Origin: Macrostomum lignano
Taxonomy: Eukaryota
Direction of reading: 5' to 3'
DNA length: 36,075 nt
Assembly (NCBI GenBank): GCA_002269645.1
Contig: NIVC01003023.1
Span: 1-36,075 of the forward strand
Positions 22,891 to 32,770 of this stretch are shown piece by piece (position 1 is the first letter of the stretch; every line of letters starts with the position of its first letter). The position numbers and the translations under genes were made by a program. The notes beneath the pieces were generated by a model, which saw only the letters and a program-made list of their open reading frames with translations, made no database searches and was not told where the DNA came from.

Positions 22891-25800
22891 ATGGCCGGCA
22901 CAAGCATTGAAGTTTGGCTGCTGCTCGCGAACACAATGCAAAAACGAATTGAACAGTAAGAAATAAACTGTATTGTGCATAGTAATTGGCGTGTGCTAAG
23001 CCAGTGGACCCAAGTTACAGCTTCTGCTCATAAGATGGTAATGCGTGATGCCGTGAAATATAAAGTAAACACTAAAAGCGATGAGATGAAACCGTACGAA
23101 CTGTCACGCCAATTTCTTTATTAATGTCAAAATCCTAATGATCCAAGTCCTTTTCTTAAAACAAATAGTGGTTTAAATAAATATTTTTGTGTGTAAATCG
23201 AAAGAAATTTGAAGACGCGTCGATGTTTTAAACAAACCTATATAGTACTGTATATTCAGAAAACACTACCATTACTTTTAAATTTCGATTCGAAAACTGA
23301 ATATCTTAGCTCAAGTCCCAAAAACGGGAAGCATATTATCAAAGCAGGCGTGACTTTTGATATTAACTCAAAAAATGAAACGCTGAGATCATCGAAAGAA
23401 ATATCTCTTGCAAAAACATGCACTTTTACATTTATTCTTAAATTGTTAAAGCAATACATATATAAATGGCAAGTTCATTCAGAACTACCTACTTTAAGTA
23501 GAGCCCACAGAAAAAAGGCCAAGCTCCTAAAAATTTTCTCGATGCAGCAAAGCTCTCGATGCCTTATAATTTTGATTGTGATTAGCGTATAAAGTGATTC
23601 GATGCATTTTTGTTCAGAATTTTGCTCAGACTTTTGTTATAGTTTAACTATGATTAATAATTAAGTATAGGTATTTACTTGTGGGCATGAGCCTGTGTTG
23701 TTAAAATACTTAAACTTCTTGGAATATTATCGTGTAAGGAATTTCAAATCATTTATTTTCTACGAACTATTTTATTTTGTACAACAATTTTCTGATTCCT
23801 GGACTGGCAATGACATCATTCTTAGTGATAGTGATTGATGTGGTAAATGATATAGAGTGGTCTTATCAATCAGGGATGCTTTATAGTTATCCAAATAATT
23901 CAATTATTGAAAAATATTTTAACTGCTTAAACATCACTGCCAATGCCATTGCTTCACAGCCTTAGGCTTAGCCTTCACTGGATAAAACAACATTTCTTTC
24001 TACCTGTGCCTACTCTACTTTACTTCCCTACTCAATTTTTTAAGCTATTGAAGTTTATGCTTAGACTCAATAATATATGACCTATGATACAACACAACGA
24101 TACTAGAGTCACTAATTTTGCAATGGCTAATGTATGCAAAGCAGCTAAATTTATCTGGGAAAAATAATTTTGATTTTCTATTCTCCTTTCTGTTGCAAAT
24201 ATTCATTATTCAATTGCGTAACATTTTATACTTATGGATGGCTGCGAAAAAAATATGCTATGTTACTTAGCTGAATTTAGAATAGTAATTTGATCTGCCT
24301 GGAAATATTATTCAATCACTACTATAAATAAACTACTTACTATTGTCATATTGACCTGGCGGTTTACTCTAAAAACTTGATATAACATTGCCATTAAAGT
24401 AATAAGCACCATATTTAAATAATTGACTATTTAATTTATAGATTTGTTATGATATGATTTGATTTTTTACTTTATTGTGATATTATATAGAGCTTAATAG
24501 GTATAGAAGTGCTTAATATTATTAAGAGGTGTCAGCTTTTTCAATTGAATTTAATATCATTTTTTTGTTAAGTCTGTATGGAATTAGAATTTACTCATAT
24601 ATAAAGTGGTGGATTTAGCAAGGGTGCACACATTGAGTCAGATTTTATTATTTTTTTTTTGCATCGAAAATACACAATTTTGTGTATATATACATGTACA
24701 TAATATACATGCATATGTACCTTAGTAATCTGTGCCCCCCATTTAATTTTTTAGATCCATTCCTGCATATATATTTATACATATAATAGTAAACAAGAAA
24801 ATGTCATTTTATTTTATCAATGAAGCTTATAGTTATATATAGCTACTCTATTCGTAAGTTTTAATGACTATTTTTTAAATCAAAGTTTCCTATGTATTTA
24901 TTTCATCCTACATGTAGTAGTTTCTTAAAGTTTATTTTTCATTTTAATTCACACAATTCAAAGTTTGTTTCAAACCCCTTTTTACTTCAGATTTGTCTCA
25001 ATGGTAGCTCACTGATCTTGCTCCAAAGCTACTGGGTTGATAAAGTAGCTAACTAAAAACTGATCTAGCATGACTAGCATTCATCAACAGTTGTTAAAAT
25101 CAGCTAGTCAGCTTAATTTGGGAAGGTAAAAAGATTTTCAGGAAATTGACATCTTTTTTATTTAAAAATGACTGTCTTTAAAGAATTATTTTATCCATTC
25201 ACATTGCAGGTTCAAGAACAGTAGAGCTGCAGCAGGTCAGGCATATGTGCCCACTGATCAAGAGCATGTGGCCAACATCCTGTCCCATGGAATAATGATT
25301 CCAGCCTCAATCTACAAGCTGCACAGCATGACCTCCCGGTCCATTGATGCCCGCCAGCTCGCCATCGCCCGCGTTTATGGCCTGGCAACGCTGGGCCTGT
25401 TCTCTGTATCCTCCGCCTTTCACATCCTGGCCTTCTGGGGCCGCTTCAGGTCAGTAGCTGTTCCCACTGTCTGCCTTCGCTATCCAACTCGAATGCAAAC
25501 TAAACAGCATGAATTTTACTCCACTTTGCAGAACTTTAAAGGAGGTTTTTCACAGGGGCGATCGTGTTTTTATCTACCTGTTTATTGCTGCCAGCTACAC
25601 GCCCTGGTAAGAATTCTTATTCGGGTGCTTGACTTACCATCTACCTACCTACCTATCTATCTCCATTACCCTACCTACCTACCTACCTACCTACCTATCT
25701 ACTTACCTACCTACCTACCTACCCTACCTACCTACCTACCTACCTACCTACCTACCTACCTACCTACCTACCTACCTACCTACCTACCTACCTACCCTAC

Positions 25801-27715
25801 CTACCTACCTACCTACCTACCTACCTACCTACCTACCTACCCTACCTACCTACCTACCTACCTACCTATCTATCTCCATTACCCTACCTACCTACCTACC
25901 TACCTACCTACCTATCTACTTACCTACCTACCTACCCTACCTACCTACCTACCTACCTACCTACCTACCTACCTACCTACCCTACCTACCTACCTACCTA
26001 CCCTACCTACCTACCTACCTACCTACCTACCTACCTCTACCTACCTACCTACCTACCTACCTACCTACCCATCTACCTACCTATCCACCTACTACTGTAT
26101 GTACCACTTATTTTTACCTACTACTCTCTTCCCTACCTACCTATCTATCTACCGCGCCCTACCTGCTACCCAGGCTGGTCCTACGCGACTACGAATCAGA
26201 TTACGGCCTGAAATGCCTCTACGCAGTGTGGCCAGCTGCCGTGTTTGGCATCGCCTATCAGCTCATATTTCACGAGAAGTACGCGCAATTTCTGCAATGC
26301 AAAATCATATTCGATACATATCGGTAGTCCTTTTTTAAATGTACCATGCTCCTTCGCACAAAAAGCTTTTACTAACTATGAAATATTGCACTTTTAGGTA
26401 CAAATGGCTCGAAGTCCTGCTTTACGTTTCTGTTGGCGCGTTGCCATCGTTAGTGGCGTTAAAAATGGCAAGTAATTCCTGCTTAGAGCTGGCTGACTCA
26501 CTGACCCAATTGTATTTACGCAGTTTGATCGACTCATTCACTCACACCAATGGGTTGGTTGACTGATTGGCCCACAGCAATATGTTTGTTGACTGATTGA
26601 CCCACAGTAAGGTGTTTGTTGACCCATTGACCCACAGCAATGTGTTTGTTGACCCATTGACCCACAGCAATGTGTTTGTTGACTGATTGACCCACAGAAG
26701 GTGTTTGTTGACCCATTGACCCACAGCAATGTGTTTGTTGACCCATTGACCCACATCAATGTGTTTGTTGACTGATTGACCCACAGTAAGGTGTTTGTTG
26801 ACCCATTGACCCACAGCAATGTGTTTGTTGACCCATTGACCCACAGCAATGTGTTTGTTGACCCATTGACCCACAGCAATGTGTTTGTTGACCCATTGAC
26901 CCACAGCAATGTGTTTGTTGACCCATTGACCCACAGCAATGTGTTGGTTGACCCATTGACCTACACCAATGTGTTGGTTGACCCATTGACCCACACCAAT
27001 GTGTTGGTTGACCCATTGACCTACACCAATGTGTTGGTTGACCCATTGACCCACAGCAATGTGTTGGTTGACTTATTGACCCACACCAATGTGTTGGTTG
27101 ACTTATTGACCCACACCAATGTGTTGGTTGACCCATTGACCCACACCAATGTGTTGGTTGACCTATTGACCCACACCAATGTGTTGGTTGACCTATTGAC
27201 CCACACCAATGTGTTGTTTGACCCATTGACCCAAACCAATGGGTTTGTTGACTCATTGACTCATACTAATGGGTTGGTTGACCCATTGACCCAAACCAAT
27301 GGGTTTGTTGACTCATTGACTCATACTAATGGGTTGGTTGACCCATTGACCCAAACCAATGGGTTTGTTGACTCATTGACTCATACTAATGGGTTGGTTG
27401 ACCCATTGACCCAAACCAATGGGTTTGTTGACTCATTGACTCATACTAATGGGTTGGTTGACCCATTGACCCCCTCATCTTAAACGTAATTTTCAGAAAA
27501 ACCCAAACGGCCTTGGCGAACTTTTAACTGGCGGCGCAGCCTACATGTGCGGCGTCGTTTTTTTCAAGCTGGACGGCATTGTGCCCTTCGCCCACGCCAT
27601 CTGGCACCTGTTCGTGGTGATTGGGTCGGTGCTGCAGTACAATGCTGTGTCCACTCACCTGGTTGGCCTGCGAACGGAAACTATTGATGGAGTTGGCTTG
27701 GAGTCTGAGCTGTGA
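22891..27715 (+). CDS. MMD: Monocyte-to-macrophage differentiation factor-like (MMD/MMD2, PAQR11/10; haemolysin-III-like 7-TM protein), 257 aa; exons 22891..22955, 25210..25449, 25532..25606, 26174..26278, 26398..26467, 27497..27715
   Basis: Motifs YVPTDQEHVANILSH, SSAFH, DRVFIYLFIAASYTPWL, FHEKYKWLE and GVVFFKLDGIVPFAHAIWHLFV match vertebrate MMD/MMD2; the SxxxH, D and HxxxH metal ligands are intact. Intron phases 2,2,2,2,0 give 774 nt. Exon 1 (MAGTSIEVWLLLANTMQKRIE, donor CA|GTAAGA, in-frame TAA upstream at 22885) is less certain, and the start could be the ATG at 22936. The last intron has a GC donor. Confidence 0.93.
24604..24765. mobile_element. Possible degenerate MITE-like fragment in MMD intron 1
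   Basis: Imperfect inverted ends (AAGTGGTGGATTTAG ... TTAGATCCATTCCTG) with inner GGGTGCACA / TGTGCCCCC complementarity. No TSD seen. Confidence 0.3.
25638..26150. repeat. (CTAC)n tetranucleotide microsatellite filling MMD intron 3
   Basis: Direct reading. It lies between the donor at 25607 and the acceptor at 26173. Confidence 0.97.
26520..27472. repeat. 30-bp minisatellite (GTTGACCCATTGACCCACAGCAATGTGTTT), ~31 copies, filling MMD intron 5
   Basis: Period 30, with a gradient of variants and an alternating 60-bp dimer at the 3' end. Confidence 0.97.
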
Positions 27716-27725
27716 TGACACTGGC

Positions 27726-28285
27726 GTCTGTAGTAGATCAGTTGATAAGGCTGTAGTAGGTGCACTGGAGGGGGGGCCGTAGCCCAGCGGTAGCGCAGCT
27801 GCTCTGGTGTGCCAGCGACCCAGGCTCGATTCCAAGTGCAGTCACATTAATTTGGGGCTGAATTGGAATCTCGGCTTGGCTCTGCTCGTGCAATTAACGG
27901 CCTTGAGAGCCAACCCCCCAAGGCGCAGTGAAGTGTACATGCCTAACGATAAAATAAAGTTAGGGCCGCTGTACACTCCTGTGTGAGTGTGTGCCTGCGT
28001 ACGTATCCGCGCGCTTGTCTGCCTGCTCAGGGGAGTCGGCGGAATGGGCAGCAATGCCTCTCGCCGGTTGTGTGCCTATGTCGCTTAAAGTGCGCCAGGG
28101 TGCGCACAACCCCCCTGCCTTTAAAAAAAGGTGCACTGGAGTCTGTAGTAGATCAGTGGATAAGGCTGTAGTAGTTGCACTGCAGTCTGCAGTAGATCAG
28201 TGGATAAGGCTGTAGTAGTTGCACTGCAGTCTGTAGAAGATCAAGTTGATAAGGCTCTCGTGAGTGCAGTAGAGTCTGTAGTTGG
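27726..28285. repeat. 44-bp tandem repeat (GTCTGTAGTAGATCAGTGGATAAGGCTGTAGTAGTTGCACTGCA) interrupted by a SINE
   Basis: Units start at 27726, 28141, 28185 and 28229. Removing the SINE and one TSD copy restores the 44-bp period. Confidence 0.9.
27771..28128 (+). mobile_element. tRNA-derived SINE, ~358 bp
   Basis: A-box TAGCCCAGCGG (27780..27790), B-box GGCTCGATTCC (27823..27833), a unique body and a short A-tail. Perfect 13-bp TSD AGGTGCACTGGAG at 27758..27770 and 28129..28141. Confidence 0.92.
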
Positions 28286-28683
28286 AGTCAACTATTTACC
28301 GTATTTGACTTGCCTAAATTTGATTAGATTTTTTTAAAAAAAGGAGTTTTGCATGCAATGCCTTCATTTTTATTCTTTATCTGCTAGTCACACCAAGTCA
28401 GCCTCTTTATTATATAACATTAAAGTTTTCTGTATACACAAAAATGTTTGACAAAAAACCTTTATTAAATGTCGTGCAGTACTTACAGTAGGTCACAGAA
28501 TCGTTCAGAGTGGCATTACCAAACTGTTTATATTTTTTGTGTTTACTAACAGTAAGGCTTACTAAGTATAGTGATAGTTGCATCTCTATTCTTTGTTTTT
28601 TTATACACTCTGTTGTCTGTTTTTTAACTTCTACAACTGAATCTAGTCAAATCTTTGTTTTTGTGTGTCTAGTCTTCTATTTT

Positions 28684-29437
28684 TATGTATTTCTTCAGGC
28701 GTTGCGTGTATTTTATTGTCATGAATATGGGGCCAAATAATTTGGCACCATCAGTGACCCCGATGACTGCTTTGGCACCATCGATGACCCCAATGAGTAA
28801 TTTGGCATTGTGGGTGACCCCAATGACTAATTTGGCACCCTTAGCGGCCCTGTTGCTTACTAGGTTCCCTTAATTCTCTGTTTCTGTTTTGGCACCGTTT
28901 CGTACATATAGATGTACATTTGATACTTATAATATTGCGTCTTTTTGTGCACTAATTATACTTTAGAATTGTGGTCTCCCCGCTTCATAGCTACGAGTAC
29001 ATCTATATTGATTATTTTGCACTGCCAGACATTTTTTTTGTTAGGAATTAAAATTTTTCGGCTTACATGCATTTTAGTTTTGATAATTAGCTTAAGAATG
29101 TAGTGAATTTTTTATTATCGAAAATGCTTCTTTGGAGTTATTAAGAATCTGTTCTCGGACGGATACTGCATTGTATCTAATTGGTATAAATTAAAAATAA
29201 ATGGACATACTTTCCTACATGTAACTACCCTACTATATTTATGTACATTTACACTACATTATCTATAAACAGGTACATGTACATGTAAGCGACCAGGAAA
29301 TGCATACATGTACGCTCGTAGTTTTTTTACTTATAATATGTATTTCTTCATGCGTTGCGTGTATTTTATTGTCATGAATCTGGGGCCAAATAATTTGGCA
29401 CCATCAGTGACCCCGATGACTGCTTTGGCACCATCGA
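28684..29437. repeat. 101-bp direct duplication (28684..28784 and 29337..29437); the first copy runs into a 30-bp tandem repeat (28741..28850)
   Basis: The two copies differ at 2 positions. TTTGGCA recurs at 28741, 28771, 28801 and 28831. Confidence 0.9.
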
Positions 29438-30513
29438 GTGGCATTTTAAAATAATTTACTGTACATACATGTATACATATTTCATTCATGTAAAGCATAA
29501 TATGCTCTGATAACATACCAGATTTTGCGCCACCAAAGCATTACAGACCTGCCTGCAGATAGCCTCATGCCCTCATGTATACATTACCTGCTTTACATGC
29601 TGCATGCAGGTATATGTAATCATGTGTCAACTAAAGTTAAGTTCTCGGGGATAAGCGCGGGTAGATCAGGCGCTTCATCAAAGGAGGAACTTAAGTTTTG
29701 ATGTGACAAATTTACATGCATACAAAAGATAGACTTAGTAAATCTAATATGCATGCCGCATGTCTATATACAACTTAAGCAGAGTTCTTCATATTAAACT
29801 TGCATGTACTACGTAGTTCTGCAATTTTAAGTTTCGACGTTTTTTATCCTGAAGCTGAATGCGGATTGTACGTTTTCTTGTTACGTACTGCGCACTTGTA
29901 TAAATTCTTTAGCAATTTTACTGAAGATACTTTTATTTGAATCTATGATAGCATACATGTATTTAATTTATTACACGTAAATATATTGTATACCAATGGC
30001 AGGGGAGGATCAATACATTGTGTACAACCTGTTTTACAATATTACACTACACTGATTCGCTAGCGAAATGTGAGCACATATTACAGTGGTTAGCTTTGAG
30101 CAACTCATTTGCTAGCGGCCGGGTATGTACATGTAACATTTGGCTGCGCGTCGGCGACGACGTCGGTATGATGCACGGCCCAGTGGAGCGGGTTATAGAG
30201 GGCGCACGGCGAGGCGCATAGCTCCCAAATATAGCCAAACTTCAGAAATCAATTATAATTCGATGCTAATAGTTAACATTACTAACAGTGAATGAGATAA
30301 GTGAAAAAATCTTTAACAGTCAACCTTCTTAGCAGCTTTTAGTTACATTGTCAACTGGCGAAAAACTTTTTATTATCTGCGTTAGCTTTCATTTGTTTAA
30401 AATAAATAGTAAGTTAGTATATTAAAAAGTGTGTACTGTTTTTCTTATTTTTGGCTGCTAGCTGACATATTTTTGTTTCACTAAATGCATTTCTTGTACT
30501 GCGTAGTATGACT

Positions 30514-30893
30514 GGGTCTCCCTAAAACACGCACCGCACCGCCCCAAACTGCTACACATTATAACATTTTTTGTCAATGCAGTATTTGATTGCAAGGAAA
30601 ACTATTTGTTGTAAGAGTAATGGAATAAATATCTTTAATTATTATTATAAATATTGTTAATATTTTTTATATTCTCGTTTTCATTATTAAATTATATTAT
30701 TATTACTTGAATAATATTATTATTAATATCACTTATTATTCACTGAATTTTATATTTCAAATTAAAAAAAACTAAATTTAATAAAAGCTTTGAAGCTTAA
30801 CAGAAAACGCATTTTTTTAGTCTTCAGTTATAGTCCAATTTGTTTTAATGTGTAGCGCTGCAGGGCGGTGCGGGGCGTGTTTTAGGGAGACCC
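30514..30893. mobile_element. Non-autonomous DNA transposon (MITE), 380 bp
   Basis: 47-bp terminal inverted repeats starting GGGTCTCCCTAAAACAC (41/47 match, outer 19 bp perfect), a perfect 8-bp TSD GTATGACT (30506..30513 and 30894..30901) and an AT-rich non-coding interior. Confidence 0.92.
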
Positions 30894-31275
30894 GTATGAC
30901 TTAAAGTTTACGTTTACTTTTATTTCAGTACTGTACCGATCAAGTTGGTGCGATAACTTTTCCCGCTTAAGTTAGTTTTTTCGTGATATCTGCTAAAGTA
31001 GATTTTTAAGCTTATTTACATATTTGATCTTTTCCGCAGTGAATTTTAGGGACGTAGAAGACAAACGGCAATCAAATTTTGTCTTCTTATTAAATAGTCC
31101 TGTAGCGCATAGATTTGTCAAGCCAAAATCAAAGATCTAGGCTTAATATAAGAGTACTACTATTAATAATAGACGCTGTTAAATAATAAAAATCTTCCAC
31201 AAATACTATTTTGCTATTACTGCTTTGGTTTGCTAAATACTATTACTCTCTAATAAAATAAAAAGTTAAGTAGAA

Positions 31276-31350
31276 ATGACATCTGAGACACCAAGCAAAA
31301 GAGATATTGATGCCATATTTAAAAAGCTGAAAACTCAACAGAGTAATAAG
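31276..31350 (+). CDS. ARFGAP2: First coding exon of an ADP-ribosylation factor GTPase-activating protein (ArfGAP2/3, Glo3 type); remaining exons beyond the window
   Basis: MTSETPSKRDIDAIFKKLKTQQSNK followed by AAG|GTAGGT. It matches ARFGAP3 [23 protein letters not shown] and ARFGAP2 [21 protein letters not shown], ending just before the CFDC zinc finger. In-frame TAA upstream at 31267. No CFDC exon was found up to 36075, and ARFGAP2 versus 3 is not resolvable. Confidence 0.8.
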
Positions 31351-31753
31351 GTAGGTATGCTTGACTTTTGATTTTTTCTATTTCTAATTTTTTGTAATAG
31401 CATGTTTGTATAATATTACTATTGTGATTGGTATAGGTGCAATAGGCTATGTTTTTACTAAACACACTTTTATATTTCTTAGAAACCTATATTCGGCTAT
31501 AAAATTCGAAAACTATTACTTTGTTGTGTTGAACAAATATTAGAAATATTTTGTATATTTTGTATGATGATTTGTTTAAAATGGTAATGAAATTACCATT
31601 CATTAGGTAATTTCATAATGATAAATAGGGCCAGCTAAGGGCCTGACCAAAGTATACTTCCTTTTGCATTGGTTTCTTTCTCTCTCGCCTTCAAGCTCAA
31701 AGCTTCAATTGTGCAGATAAAATTTGATCAGCCATTGGGCTTGAAATCACTTG

Positions 31754-32202
31754 TGTTACTCATTCCAAGTAGTAGATAGTGACTTAGGAATCACCCCAAG
31801 AGTAGGAGTGCAGTCCATTCTCAGAGAACGAGAAATCCTAGACTTAAGAGTCTAGTAACCTGTCTCTAGAAAGCAGAAATCCTACCATAGGGTAGAGAAA
31901 TCCAGACTCAGAGTCTAAGAAACCCGCCTCAGGGCAGAATACCCAGCAAGTAAGCTGTGACCCTCTGATCCTAGGAATGCCCAGGACTGAGAAAATAATA
32001 TCTTTAGAAAGGTATAAAAATAGGATAAATGGTGCCTAAAGACCGCTCAGGCCAGAAAGTACAATAAAAGTACAGACGCTACCAATAAAAGTACATATGC
32101 TACCAATAGAAGTATAGATGCTACCAATAGAAGTACATGCGGTACTAGTAAAAGGCAAGTAATAACCAATAAGGTCGTGAGGAAAAAATAACCTTTGTAA
32201 CA
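31754..32202 (+). mobile_element. Probable LTR-retrotransposon solo LTR or 5' LTR remnant, 449 bp
   Basis: TGTTAC...GTAACA termini, TATA-like GGTATAAAA near 32011, AATAAA twice near 32063-32085, and flanks ACTTG/ACTTT (4 of 5 match). It is followed by TTTGGTGTC, which resembles a primer-binding site. No coding remnants. Confidence 0.45.
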
Positions 32203-32770
32203 ACTTTGGTGTCTCAATGGTGGGATTTCTAGATAGAGCCAAAAGGCCTGTTACAACTTTGGTGGCATTGTAGAATTATTTACAAGGACAGAAGCAAGCC
32301 CTGCATCAACTTTGGTGTCTCAATGATGGGATATTATTAAGAAAGAAGCATCCCCTATGTCATAGGCTAGGTCAAGCCTTAAGGGCTTTAGTAAGCTAAT
32401 AAGTAAAAAGAGAGAAAGGATGCTAGGCCTATATAATAAAGAGTTAGGCAATCCTACACTTTTGCTTCAAGTAATTTTTTTACCTTTACTTTGTGCTTTA
32501 CCTATTGGAAAATATTGCTAAATGATAAATAGCTATCTAATTGGTTGACAGTCATTTTGTGTGCCAACAAAATATTGAGTATAATGTTAGTCTAATCATA
32601 AAAATCTGTACTGTATATCTAAAAAAAACTTAAAAATTAAGTCGAGATAATGAACTCATTTTTTGAAATAAAGTATGAGGTGGGGGTGAAGAAAATAAAT
32701 TTTTAGGCTCCTCTTCTTTTGGTAGGTGGTTTTGAACACTTTGAATTTCTGTTAGCATTGTGTAACTTGC

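Noticed and set aside
25247-26338. Single 363-aa ORF with a PTYL repeat domain
   Set aside because: It is MMD exon 2 read through into introns and the (CTAC)n repeat; the spliced model matches MMD instead.
26534-27483. Multiple repeat-protein ORFs on both strands
   Set aside because: They come from the 30-bp intronic minisatellite lying between two well-supported MMD exons.
27771-27845. tRNA gene
   Set aside because: The A/B boxes are present but I could not fold a proper acceptor stem or cloverleaf. It continues into a body and A-tail bounded by a TSD, so it is a SINE head.
27975-28080. HDV-like ribozyme in the SINE body (GGCGGAATGGGCAG, CCTCTCGCCGG)
   Set aside because: The motifs are in the wrong order or spacing, and no L3 CC / J1-4 GG P1.1 pairing could be built by hand. 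An Infernal or RNArobo search would settle it.
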